Below are positions 24,030-38,470 of a stretch of DNA of 64,000 nucleotides, piece by piece. Positions within the stretch are counted from its first letter, which is position 1. Each line of letters starts with the position of its first letter. Source of the stretch: Chrysomallon squamiferum (taxonomy: Eukaryota; Animalia; Mollusca); contig CM022670.1 of assembly GCA_012295275.1 (NCBI GenBank), positions 19,716,001 through 19,780,000 of the forward strand, given 5' to 3'. The position numbers and the translations under genes are program-made. The notes under the pieces were generated by a model. That model searched no databases. It saw only the letters and a list, made by a program, of their open reading frames with translations, and had not been told where the DNA came from.

Positions 24030-26175
24030 ATTTACAAATAATGCACATAGGGACCAGTCATTTGACGCATTGTCTATGGTTTTGTACAAAATGAGAACGA
24101 AAAATTACGTATAATATTTAATATTAAATCGATATGGTATAGGCCTGTAGTATATTATTACAAGGTAGGCTAGAAGTTATTATAATAATTTGAAAATGAA
24201 TGTTTATTCAGGCATAAATACTATATTATGCATTTCAAGAACTCCAATATTTCACGATTTTAATGAATATTATAAATAAATTATAAGCATTGCAACTAAT
24301 CCATAAATTTTATAAACTTTTAAACATTAATGTTTAGCTACATTGTTAACATTTATTAGGTGTCAGTCATAAGTTTCATATATAATGATACCCGCTACAG
24401 TCATACCATGGACCTAATTTAACAGCAAAATATATTTTATAACTCATTTTTCCGAAGACAAAACTGGACTTAATAGTCTTTGATAAAGTAATCTGCATGC
24501 TGATTGGAATTTAATTTTATTTCAAGAAACACCAAGCACCTATGGCAGTCGATATGGCTTGTATATGTCAACTCTCTCTCTCTAAACACACGTCTACACC
24601 ATATATATATATATATATATATAACGTATGGAGTAAACGTGTTTATGTCTCTGTATTTGTATATGTGCTCTCTTCTTATTTTCAACATTTGAGATGGAGC
24701 AGAGAAAATACTGCAGTATATTTAGATCATAACAAGAAACTACAGTAATTCATTATAGGAAATACCATTTTGTTTCATACCTACAAATAAAAATATGTTT
24801 GATATTACCATAAATTAATTTATAAAAGGAAGAAACTAAAGAAACTTTAAAATCTAAATTGTTCCTATTCAGTTTTGAAAAATCCCCCGACTTCTTCCAG
24901 TCCAATCAAAATGGTAAACTCCAAGAGCTTCGACCTTGACACAAATGTACGTAGAGAATACAGAACTGTTTTGACACTTCCAACTGCTGCAATACGTTAA
25001 TAGTGCGTTGCTGAGTTTGATGCAAAATAATCATCTCCATATATATATAACATGTTACCAATGAGTATCTTTCACACTAATCACATAAATCTAATTATAA
25101 GTATTAAAAGTTTTACATATGTAACACCATGTTTTTGTTTGTTTTTGGTGCGGTTTTGTTGTTGTTTTGTTTTGTTTTTTGTTTTGAAAAATTTAATGTG
25201 TCTAGTAATTGTAAAGAAAGCCTTCGTGTGTTAAAAGTGGTAGATGCATAGCTCACCACTCCGTACTGGTTTCAGAGTTAACTGGGGAGGTTCGGTAATT
25301 TCTTTTTATCGCTTTGACATAACAACATCATCTGGGACAAATATTCCATGTGCATGTGTGATTATGACAGCCAAGTTTTAACTTTCAGTATAGAACAGAA
25401 CACGTTTTTAATTCTAAATATACATGACAAACTAAAATAGATGCAAATCATTGCAAAGTTTATCATATGAGATTCCGAACAGAGGCCAGTGTTCGGAAAC
25501 CATCTCGGTTATTTTCCAACTTTAAATCTTTGCGTGATCTGTGTAATATATGCAGCACGCATACGCATAATAATACTAGTATTACTTGCTGAAAGTGGGT
25601 CATGATATTGACTCCACGAACAAAACAGGCATCTACAGTGCTGGAGAAATTCGGTCGCAAGTAGACCTTAACTTCGTTAGAGAAAAGATCGGCTGAGCGT
25701 TTTAACATCATTCACAAAAAACAACAAAAAAACAACAGCGTTGGCGTTGTCGTAGAACATCACTGCCACAAACAAGTCTACGGTTCACGCCCGGAGAACT
25801 AATCTGTTCTGTTAAGGCATCGTTTTGTTGGTAGGTGTTTGCATGGAAATGATAGTAGTTTTGTATGTTACCGATTTAACTGTTTGTTGAGTAACTCGCT
25901 TATTTTCACATGTATTGCAATAATATTCCATAGCCGGACACAAGTGCTTGCATGTTTGTGTAGTTTATTAAAGTCTAACTGATCAGAAATAATGGTAATC
26001 ATTTTAATTTATTTATTTGTGTTAGATTTTGTTGTGTTTTATTTTTGAAGTCCAACTCGTTCAAAACCACCGAAGCGATCAGCCTGGCTTTAGAGGTCAG
26101 CTTTTATTATGATTTTATTGTGTATTATTATATTTTTTATATATATATATAATTAGTTTAATTTCTTCTTCTTAT

Positions 26176-26208
<33 letters not shown>

Positions 26209-27281
26209 AAATATCTGATAACTATCGTGAGAATGTTGACCGTTTTAAATTGCTTATACTATTGTGATACAAAGAAGAGTAATATAAATAGTTTGAATGT
26301 CTGTCGCTGAACTATACTTTCAAAAGCAACTGTCCTGGTTTTCCATACATGCGTAAGTGTGTTAGGGCTTCAGAAACCTCCCTTTCTCCCCTATTTTTCC
26401 ATCACTCTTTCTGGTTGTGTGTGGACGTGTGTGAATGTATGTAAATATAATTGTTTGTTCTTTAAGTTGACTATTTATCGGCAGGTGACGTGATTTGAGC
26501 TGAAGGAAAATATATATATATATACGTATGTATGTATGATGTATATATGTATGTTTTAAATATTTCACATTTATAGATAAAATACAACAAAACGTTAAGT
26601 TATTTCTGGAGGAGTTTGTATACGTTTTTTATAGTAGTAGTTTTGTATTGTGTTCCAAACTGTGACCTCTGAGAGACTATCAAATAATACGATAAAAGAA
26701 ATGTAAGCTTTATTACGTACCTCCTTTTACTTAACAATAATTATCATCACTAAAATATTTAAATAAAAAAAATAATAATATCAAAATAAAAAAATTGTAT
26801 TCGACTTGTCCTAGATAAATTTTAAACTTTGGTTGAAAATGACCCTTATAGAATTGTTAAGTCCAATAGAGGAAGATTATCCATTCTAAAAATATAAAAC
26901 TAAAGACTAAAGTATTTTAAGAGACAACTTCAGTACAAGAAATCCTAGTAGGGGTCGATGTCTCTTAGATCATTCTCATTTAACTCACACTGACATATGA
27001 AGCGCTTTCTTGTGGTGAGCTAGACTTAGTGAGGATTTGCAGCTGAGATTTGCTATGCTGGATTCAAATGAACAGTAGGATGACCGTTTTCTTTCAGCTC
27101 AAACCAAGTCACCTGAATAGTCATGATAAATAGTTAACTTAAATAACAAACAAATCATTTCAGAATTAATGACACGAGATTGAGTTCAGTTTCTTTTTGC
27201 TCTCTGAATTTAGATAGCAAATTTATATTAGATAAAAAATAAGTAAAACCTCTCTATCTATTATTTATGTTAACTGGGATA

Positions 27282-27348
<67 letters not shown>

Positions 27349-27716
27349 TCAGTCGTTATACAGAACCAATAAAATCCAAAAGAATAAAACTAATTATAAA
27401 GTAAGCAAAAACAAGAAAATAATCATGCGGCTAAGACAAAACTTTCGATTTTTTGTTTTGATTTAAAGATTTAATCAAATGGTTATGGAATTTAAAGTGA
27501 AAGTTTAAAAATAATAAATTCAGAGAGTCAGACACACAGATCACTATATGAATTGAAAACTTTATAATGGCTATTTTGTTTCTCTTATTTAGCTCAGTCC
27601 TGCGACTACTAACATCCTAAACAGGTTTTTCTTCACTTCCATAATCAAGTTAAAATAAATCATTAATTGACTTAATTTATTCTGAATACTAATCTTTTTG
27701 TAGATGCGACACAGTC

Positions 27717-29707
27717 ATGGAGTTGACAACGGTTATAAATAACGGTACTTCATATGATGCCCATTTGAATGACTGGACTGGATTCTGGCCTGTGGCTATT
27801 GCGATGGTTTATATTATGATATTTGCTACTTTGCCTATGTGTCTTCGCGTAAGTATTGGTTTCTCTTATTATTTATATTATGATAAAAATATAAATATAT
27901 AGAGATATGCAGAAAAAGAAAGATATATAAATTCAAAAATGTATGTTTGCATAATTATATGTATTTATGAATGTAAATTTGTAGATATTAATCTATTTTA
28001 TTTTATATTCATCATGTTTTGTTTGGTCTTATTTATTTATTATGAAATACCTCTTGATCCTCGCCTACTTCTTATTGACTTTTTTCTTCATAAAAAAACG
28101 TACTAATTTTGATAAACTTCTGCGAAAGTTACCAACATAGCTTCACTGATAAAGACACCGTGTCTATGAGTATTAGGTGCAGGGTAAAGGCTATATAATT
28201 TATTTATTTTTTATTTATTTTTATTTTTTATTTTTATTTTGAACTTCATCCAAAATCTAAGACATCTTTTATCTTTTTTTTTTTTTCATTGTACAAAAAA
28301 CAAAATAATCTATGTAAAAATGTTAACGTAATCGTGTAACTGTATCTAATAAGATAATGAATTTTAGCTTTTGATTCGCCCAACTTTAGGAAAAACCATT
28401 CAGATGATATCCGCTAGATTTTTCGCTAACAGATATTGCTCAGTAGTAGAAAAAAGGCCTGAGAAATGAATGGTAGCAAAATCAACCCTTCTTAAGGATA
28501 CCACCAACCGGTTTTATGCTCAAGTTAGAGCTCGTCTAAAGATATTTATTACGCTGTTGTTCATAAACATAATTATACTGTTTTTAAGATCATTTATTCA
28601 AAATATTATTATATAATTCTTCATGGCATCCTTTTATCGTGTTTATCACGAGCTCTGATTAGCTGTTGTTGTCACCACAGGAAAAACTGGTATGTGATTG
28701 GTAGCCATAAACTTCAGCTATGAACGACAGCTTGTTTTGTCAGCATTGTATTGTAGAATAGACATCTAGAACACAGATTTTATTATCTAAATGGCCATTT
28801 TCTTTTTCTTTTCTTTTTTTATGTGTTTGTTTGTCTGTGTGTAATTTATTTATTTTTTAAAGATATTATTGAATGTTTTTTTTGTTTTGTTTTTTTTTTT
28901 TTTAAAGGGGAAGGTTGAGATATAAGTGTGTTTTTAAAAAACATATGCAGTTACATGTCGGTATTCATAACTTTATCTGTTTTACGTATTTAAGTATGAA
29001 ACTGACATATCAGTTACATTATCTTTCAACTGAGAAATAAAACTATGAAAACGAATTTGTTGGTGGTTAATATAATATGTTTATTTAGCAGAGCGACCTT
29101 TCAAAAGGCTGTGGTCCGTGTCAAAATTCATTTAAATAAACAGAGCCGCTGATAGTGAAAAACACTGCTATAAATGATGCCTTGCTGCAAATTCCGGTAA
29201 AAGCAGGGAATGGATAACGGGGAATAACTTTTTTTTTCTTTTTCTAATATGGTCTAAAAACCTTTCTTTTTCTTTATTTTGTAAATTATTAGTGTTTTTT
29301 CTTTCAGGGAGGGATTGTGTGTGCGTACTGTCATGTGTCTGCATGTTTACCGTTTTGGTTGTTGTTGTTGTTTTCTGTTACTCTTTTGATTTATTCTTGT
29401 AAAATTATAAAATATGATTATTGCTTCTGGTTTTCTTTATTTTGTTTATTATTCTAATTATGTGACCTCGATAAACATAACAAAGTTTTTCTCGACATTT
29501 CGAATTCCCGTTGTATCATTACAATTATGATTTGATAATTATTATTATTAGTTGTTGTTGTTGTTGTTGTTATCTTTTCGTTGTTCTGACAATATTTGTG
29601 CATATATCTGTCGTAATATTTGCACGTAGGCCTACTTATAATTAAATATAATTATCATCATCCTCACAAATACCACTTATATTACTAAATGTTCTGCCAT
29701 CTCTACA

Positions 29708-29761
<54 letters not shown>

Positions 29762-29798
29762 TCAGTTATGGGTTGATCGAAAAACATCGAGCGAATAA
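27717..29798 (+). CDS. Putative 54-aa single-pass membrane microprotein
   Basis: Exon 27704-27848 (acceptor tttttgtag, strong Kozak gtcATGG at 27717, donor gtaagt, phase 0) joins an exon starting at 29766 (acceptor tttcag). Product: MELTTVINNGTSYDAHLNDWTGFWPVAIAMVYIMIFATLPMCLR|LWVDRKTSSE*. A possible non-coding first exon ends at 25830 (donor gtaggt). Confidence 0.62.
29709..29760. repeat. (TAT)n microsatellite
   Basis: Perfect run abutting the acceptor at 29764-29765; explains the poly-Tyr ORF. Confidence 0.97.
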
Positions 29799-30177
29799 CC
29801 GGATGTGCCTTTATCATTTGATTGCAAACATCATCAGAGTGTCGACCTTCCATGCGATCTTCAAGAATCCTTTAAAGTATTATTGTTCAAGCAGAAACTC
29901 ATATATGAAATTATAACTATATTCAGTTGTTGTTTTTTGTAAATATTTGTTGCTCATTTTTTTTTTTTTAATATGAATAAATAACTGAATATAATTTTTA
30001 CTGATTTCTCTCTCTCTCTTTGTCAAAAAAAAGAAGAAAAAAACGAGAAAGAAAAAACGCCATCCATATTTCTGTGGTAGGATAGCATGAATGTGATCGT
30101 GTATGAATATGTATAATGAAACATGGTACATAATTTTGTTGACAATATTGGTTTTGTTCACTGTGGTTGTCTCCCTT

Positions 30178-30241
<64 letters not shown>

Positions 30242-31498
30242 GGGGTTTTTTCAGGGGATAGGGATTTGCTTTTTTTTATTTTGGGATTTCCTTGGAGAGG
30301 TGGACAGGGTTGTTTTGATAGTGAATTTTGACCTAAAGTTCATTGACCACTGAAACTGAAATATTGTCTATTAACATAACAAAGTCTAGCTACCTTTCTT
30401 TGTCGATTTTTAGAATTCCCATAGTATCCCATAATATTTATTATTAAAACAATTTAAAATAAAATACTGGAAAAACTTTTTTATTGAGTAGTTGTATAAT
30501 GAAACTAGATGCATGCTGCATGCTCGCACGCATGAATGCACCCATAATTTTATTCAGACTGATAGACATACGTGCGTTCATACACACATATCAGTAAGAG
30601 ATATACAGAGAAAGAAAATGAATATACTAATCAGAGAGTGATGAAGACTACCTCTGGACGCATGTACTACGTACCTATGCATGAATATCAACAGAAACCA
30701 GCAAAACGAGAACTTTTTAAACTTAATTATTCTATCCATAGGGTTATATTTCGAAATTTGTTTCTTTTTAATGTGATTAATACCCTAGTAAAGACATGTA
30801 GAAATACATATCTCTTAATAAATTTAAAATAAAACAAAATAACAACATCGAACGAGGTAAGTAAGCAAATGCATGCGTTATTTAATTTTTTGTTCAACAA
30901 TAAAATTTACAATATTTCTAACAAAGCGACAAAACAACAACAACAATAATGTCATTCAGTTTAGGATCGGTAAAAAGATTATTTAACCTAATTTATAATA
31001 ACTATATCAAAAATAATAACCAGTGATACAAATTCCCAGTCATTAATTGCTATCATTTAAGAAATAACCATATGGATAAAAAAAAAAAAAAAAAAAATAG
31101 TAATAATAATAAAAAAAGAATTAATCAATCGAATTATCCAGGTGACTGATCGAGTTTTATTAAATGGATATCATAAAGTTGCGAAACTGCGCGGAACAAA
31201 ACAATACGCGTAAAAGAACTAGTCAATAAGCTTAACATACCGTTAAATCAAAAACGAAAAAGAAAAAAGAATGAAAGAAAGAAAGAAAAAAATAATATTG
31301 GTATTGCAGGTTTGAAGATCGCTTTTCAGTATTACCAAAAATCAATTACTGTGGTCGTAGATTTGTAAAGGCAGCTTATGAAATTTGACATTCGTGCCTT
31401 AAAACGCGAAACCATTTGTCAACGTGGTCGTAACTAGATAGGGATTTCTGTGGGTAAGTAATAATAACTAGGTAACTACCTTTCATTAGATGATGATG

Positions 31499-31540
<42 letters not shown>

Positions 31541-31920
31541 ATATGTATGTGTTATATATTATCAATATTTCACAAAATATTTTTTTTATTTTTTTTACTT
31601 TTTATTATTTAATACGTTTGAATGCTTGATTCTGACAAAGACGTCTGCCGAGCGTTTTACGTTAAAATCAGTGTTTTAGTTTGTGTGCGGATGTATACAT
31701 TTGTGTGTCTGTCTTTATGTATTTATGCATGTATGTATCTGGTCAGCATTAAAATATAAATTTAAAATATAAAATGTAAGTGAAAAAAAAGTATTAACAC
31801 AATTATATAAAGGAACAGAAGAGGAGAATAGACATGTCGAATTGATTTGCAGGATTTGTTTTTAAAAATGACATCATTTAGTTAGCCTAACGTCATCACC
31901 TGCGTCAGAAACAGAAAAAC

Positions 31921-34900
31921 ATGCCGTCATCCGTTACTACTTCAACCAACAAAATGAATGTTGATCAAAAGGTTTAGTTTAATTTACTATTCAAGTTTAA
32001 TTTATATTTTTATATTTAGTTTTTATTTCACTTTATTTTAGTTTAAGCTTAAAATATGTTTTATTTAATTTATTTATTTACTTACTTATATACTTAATAA
32101 CTTTTATTTTTATTTTTTTATTTATCTATTATTCCATTTATTTATTATAATATACTGTTTGGTTATTAATAAAATATACAATAATATACATTTGCATATG
32201 TAATCGACTTCAGTTATTTACAGTTACTTTAATTGGGAAAAAGCTTTTCACTATACATTAACACCTTTTCTGGTAATTTAACAATTGCCATAGTTGTAAT
32301 AATTAATAATAACAACTAAAGTGAAAGTAAACGTGACCAGCAAAGGCGAGTACCGGAATTCTACAAAGTCTAAAGGAATAGTTGGGTCACTGCCATAGTT
32401 GTAATAATTAATAATAACAACTAAAATGAAAGTAAATGTGATCAGCAAAGGCGAGTACCGGAATTCTACAAAGTCTAAAGGAATAGTTGGGTCACTGCCA
32501 TAGTAGTAATAATTAATAATAACAACTAAAATGAAAGTAAATGTGATCAGCAAAGGCGAGTACCGGAATTCTACAAAGTCTAAAGGAATAGTTGGGTCAC
32601 TCTGCAGACATGAATACTTAAATTCAAATGGTTCATTTTGATTTATTTTGAGTGGAATTTCACTAAGGTGCCTATCATATGCTTGAACTATGAAAGGACT
32701 TTCTGAAATGTACGGATCATAAGACTGAATCTGTACAGTGACCCCATTCTCTGTTTTTCTTTTTTTTCAATCCTTAGTAATCCTTAGTAATGCTTAGGCT
32801 CAATGGCCCATTGCATAGTAAAACAGCAAACCAGTTATTCGCTCTCTATCTCTCTGTGTGTATGTGTGTCTGTGTGCAGTAAAGGAACCTCCATTTAAAT
32901 GATAATTAATTGTGATTTATGAGGTTTATAATGTAATTTTTATTCTTTTACTTTATGTAACTGACAAACGTCACATCAGATATTAATAGGATTATTGAAC
33001 TAATTCGATTTTACTGTTGTTTGTGAGATCAAATTCCATCGATTAATTCCCTGAGACTTAGAAAGTATAAACTGTAATTGCTTGTGTTTATTTCGTTAAT
33101 TACTTGCTTATTTACTTGCTTATTTCTTCGTTATTTTATTTTATTTCACTTTTTATTACCATTATTTTCAGTCGTTATTGCGTTCAAATTAACATTAAGG
33201 TAGAAATTTATTGTTGGCGATCACTTACAGATTTTTTTGTTTATAAAGTATTCATAAATTGAAAATAAACAGAAAAGTACTGTAATAATAGATTGGTTGT
33301 GTTTGAATGAATGAATTAATTAATCAGTAAATCAACGATGAAAATTGACATACCTGTGAAACACAGGGGTTGGTTTCATATAACGATGTCATTAGAGCTG
33401 GAACTCTTTTTGTTATCGGTTATTATGGCTAGGGATAGTTTGTAATATATAATATTAATGTCTCATATAAAACGAGTGTAGATCATAGCCTTTTAAATGG
33501 GCATACTCGATGAAAACCGACCTTCAATCGGACACACTTCAGTTTTAACAGTATTATCTGAATACTGTGCTATTATCACAGTCATACAGTTTATTCCAAG
33601 TAAAGTTTTTACAAGTGTTTTAATTTAGAAGTTTTAAAATACCTCTGATCTCTAACTAGCTGCTTTAAAACGTCAATGGCCGATATTACAAGATTATGTA
33701 CCCATGACGGATGTACTTGTTCAAGTTAGAATGTCAGATCTGTGCCAAGCCCAACCACGTAAACGCTGTCAATCAGCACCACAATCAGACTATTTACATG
33801 TACTATTGGAAGAGTTATAAAGCGATTAACACGCCGTAAAACCTAAACGTAACTGCCTGCCTGTTAAGTCGACAACCTATTAAACTGTAAGGCCTTTTCT
33901 CTTCTCTCTTTTAATCCGCTCAGTCATAATGCATAACTGTAACAGCGGAGAACATGTCAGCGAACAGACCCATGCAATGAAGGTCCTTTGTGTTTGTCAA
34001 ACCACCGCAGCAAAGCAGAACATAGCAACGGGCTCCTGTCCGATTTGAGAACAGATTCATACCGCAGAAACAATTCGATTGTAGACACATTTTGTGTTGT
34101 TTGGCGACTTGTTAAATCAGTCCAAAGGATTTAGCTCACTCACTCGTTGGAGTAAAAAAAGAGGCCGTTCGAAATTAGAGATGGATTCTATGTGATTATG
34201 TTGATGATAGTGGCTTTTTTTATGTGTGCGTTGTTTTGAACGAAAGAAAAATAATTATGAAATTGTTATTAAATAGTTTAATATCCCCTTTTGATCGTTT
34301 TAGACGAGGGGAATGTTAATTTATTTTAAAATGACTTACACAAAAACTATGAATAGATCGGGAACAAGACTTAAAATAAGAGCTTATTCTGCTCCTTTGC
34401 AGAAACTTCGTAGTCCAGATGATTTACCAATGGATTACAACCGTGACGACATCTGTATGTTGTCTCAGAAGCAGAGAGAACAAAGGTTGAAGCTGGAACA
34501 AGAACTGCAACAAAAAACGGTCGAAAGTGAAAATTTGCGTGAGTATAGTCAACGACGTTTCGACTATGCCCTCCAGAACTTTTCGAAAGGGGAACGACCG
34601 CCTAGTTGTCGGAAGAATCTTGCATCTTTCCCTCAGCGTCCCAGTACATCAACTGGTCCCACAATGTATGGCAGTGTCCTTTACAACAAAACGCCTCTCC
34701 TTCTCAATTCTGTCAGATTACGACCACATTCGGGCTCGCACAGTACGTATGAATATGCACCTAGTATCTATCCTGACATCCAAAAGACCCTTTGTCACAG
34801 TAATGAGGAGTACGACGTAGTCCCCGTCCCCACTGATGTCCCCGATGTAAGAACATCTGATACAAACGATTTTATTCTGGTTCCTCATGGAAATCGCTGC

Positions 34901-37900
34901 CCGAAAGACACAAAGTCGGAAACCCAGAATTGGGAATCTCTGCCTGATGAGGTACCCGAAGGAGGAACCTATACCGAGAAATCTTTTTCAAAAAATGATA
35001 CAGTATCTGCATCTACGACGTCAGTGAATGCACCTCAGCATGTCAGTGTTGAAGATTTGTTCACATCAGTTGATAAGTCCACTGATCACAATAAAATGAA
35101 GTCAGAGAAGAAGTAAGTAGTTTTAATAGCATCAGCAGCAGTGCTAACAGTAGCAGTAGTAGTAGTAGTAGTAGCAGCAGAAGCAATAGCAGTAGCAGTA
35201 ATTGTAACAGTAGTATTAATGTGACTAGCAGCAACAGCAGTCGAAAAATGTGATTTCATTTAGTAATGCCAATCTTACATAAGAAACTATTCTCTGAAAC
35301 TGCCATTTATTTACAAGACACTGTAAATATGGATCTATCTACAGGCTAGAAATAATATATTACAGTTTAAATATTAATATATTATACTGCCTCCAACTAG
35401 GCAAAAGACGGTGAAAACAAAAATGTCTTTGGTAAATTGTGAATTAAAGAATTAATCCTAATGTAGAGTTTTACATTTAATTTTAAGTGGAAGAAAAAGA
35501 ATAACAAGAATGTAAACAATAACAACAACATTAATAATGATAATAAACAACAACAACGAAAGTAGTAATGATGACAACCAGTGGTATATTATATATTTAA
35601 AACGTTTATATAATGGTTATTAAATGATATGATTATTTAAGTCAATATCTTAAAAATATTAAAGAAGGAATATTTAAGATGGATTGCAGGTGAAATTATA
35701 TTTTAGTGTTGTTGTTTTTCTAGTTATATTATAAATAATCCTAGGTTAAATAATTGCTTTGACACAGTTAACGAGGATGCATGAAGATGTATGTTACACT
35801 AATTTTATCAGCCTCATTCTGTGAGTTAATTTAAAAAACAGAATTTAATTTAATTTACATTAATTTGTAATGTATGTAAACCGGGAAACAGTTGAGAGTA
35901 GCGTAAGTGATAGTGTAGATATGTGAAAAAGATTTTCATTTCTCTAAGAAAATGTTGAAACTTTGTATATAAGAGGTTTAACAAATTAAAATAATAATAA
36001 TAATGATGATGATTAAAAATAAACCTAATTTTTTTTTTTAAATTTCTTTTCACTATATGTTTTAATTCAATCCCTATCTAAGCATTTTTATTGCACCAAT
36101 TCATTCATCACATGCTTATGAACACGCTAAAAATCAGTGTTTGTAAAGAAAATATTTTTTATACTTGTAAACGATCGCGCTTATAAAAGAAGATCTGTTT
36201 ATGACAAGGTCCAGCAATTTTTTTACTGCAAACCTTTTCTTTATGCTAAACTAATGCTTGATTATGTATTATCGGATTTCAGCTTACACAAAAGCATGAA
36301 GAACTAATCAGTTGGTCGGATCGATAACATTATCGTTAACCATGTCGAATAGAAGCAATGGCAGAAACAATAAAATAGTGTTGCTGTCTTCTAAGTGCAT
36401 TACTATGGCCTCATGACAAACAACAGTTTGATTAGCTTCTCGTTGCTCTAAATAAATTACTGTTATGCTATGACTGGTAGTTTCTAGAAACAACGATTCA
36501 TGCCGTTCGTACATGGATTTCTCCTTAGCTGCGATCAATAACAAATTACCAATTAATATATATTGCTTGATAATTGCAGACTCCCAAACAGCTGCGAGCG
36601 TATGTTGTTATTTTCAGTATTTGCTTAGTCTTATTTTGGGTCTGCTCCAAGAGAGGAGGTTAGTCAGTTTTGTCACACACGATTTTATGGACCACCTGCG
36701 AGGTCAAATTAAAAAGGTCAACTTAAGAAGAAAAAGATTACCACTGATTACGTAGCAATAACTATTCTATACAGTATTATCATTAATGAATGTTCCACCT
36801 ACTGTAAATAATAATAATAATAATAACAGAATGATCTTTTGAACATGCTATTCGACTATTCAACTTACATTATTCATGCATACCACCATCACCGAATCTT
36901 GATAAATAACAATTAATTATTAACAATCCCGAACAAACGATATTTATTTTACTGACATTTTACATTTATTTATTTATTTATTGTTGTCATTATTAATATT
37001 ATCATCAATATTGTTGTTGTTATTGTTGATGTTATTATAATCATCATTAATATTATTTTCATTTATTTGTTTATGTATTTATTTATGTTTTAATAAGTAA
37101 ATACAAAAGTAAGAAAGTAAGCATTTTGTCCAATATGTAGCTAAAAGTGATAAAAAGTATATGGTGCCATTAAATAAATACTAAAATTATGACCTTAACA
37201 ATCGAATATCCAAAATATATGTCCTTGATCATGTCAAGCTGTAACAGTAATATTCCATTAATCTTTTATCAGATTATGTTAAGAATGTAACATGATAACG
37301 ACAGTATCTGTAAATCTAATCCTGAACTGGAAGGTATTGTTGTTCATTCAAAATGTAAAAAAATAAAATATATAAAAAAATAAAATAAAATAAAAAAGTA
37401 AAAAGATGTAATAAATATATAAATAAATAAATAAATAAAATATTATTAGAATGATAATAACAGCAACATAAAGCCACATGGAGTTCATCATAAATAAAGT
37501 TAGTCATGCGTTACACACTATTTGACCCACATGTCAGGCCCTACCTGCTTATTGTGTTCCCATTTTTATATTCAATTACCTGTTCAGTTGTATGGTAACT
37601 TGGTCAATCTTAAACCAGTGTTCGAGGAACAATTAACTGATCAAAGAAGATATTCAGTTTCCAGATCGTCTTTACTGTAATTTTTTGTGGACTATTGATA
37701 AGATAGGTAATTCATATGCGTCACTGAAACTCGTTTTTTTTTTTTTGCACATAAACTATTAAGCATTAATAAAACTGTTTATTAGGAAGTAATTTTAACC
37801 CCAAAGAAGTTCAGTTAGCATTATTTATTAGTGTATGTATTATTTCACATTTAAATATTTTCATGCGTATGAAAAAGAATTAATGGTTTTACTTCATCTA

Positions 37901-38403
37901 TCAATAAGCCTCCATAAAATACACCAATAATCACCCATAGGAAAAAAAAATCGTTTTATAATGAAACTATCTGCTGTTCTTTCGAATGATCAACAAAATC
38001 TTTTGAAAGCACTTTCAGATAGAAAATGTGTCGATCTCTGATAGGGGAAGGGCGATAGTCTGCTAGAACCTCAAAAGGTTTAATGGGAGAACTGACAGAC
38101 GTTTCAGACATGCATAATTTGTGTTATAGACATATTATGTGTGCTTATGGAGACACGAACATCGTTGAAGAAATCTTAAGCGTAATAAAATATTAAGAAA
38201 TAAGGTTAAACACATAGAACTATCATAATCGTATATCGTATACCTAGTTCACAGTACACAGTCACTAATGATAACTTTGTATTTTTCCTAATAAGAGAAA
38301 GAAGACCTAAAGATATTTTTAACAATTATGGCAGAAAATTCGTTGTCTGTGACCAGTCTAGTGCAATCGATAAAATAATATGAACAGGCACACCGACATG
38401 TGT

Positions 38404-38470
<67 letters not shown>

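Noticed and set aside
25463-25711. 82-aa minus-strand ORF
   Set aside because: No recognisable motif or splice context; the higher GC of a probable promoter region explains the lack of stops.
28430-28520. tRNA-like start (ttgctcagtagtaga)
   Set aside because: No cloverleaf or intact B-box; at most a very decayed SINE head.
32278-32600. CRISPR-like array or repeat protein ORF
   Set aside because: Units are contiguous with no unique spacers, the context is a eukaryotic intron, and there are no cas genes. The ORF exists only because 105 is divisible by 3.
34527-34820. Overlapping alternative-frame ORF, and antisense ORFs at 40608-40901 and 43049-43528
   Set aside because: Shadow ORFs of GC-richer real exons with no independent evidence.
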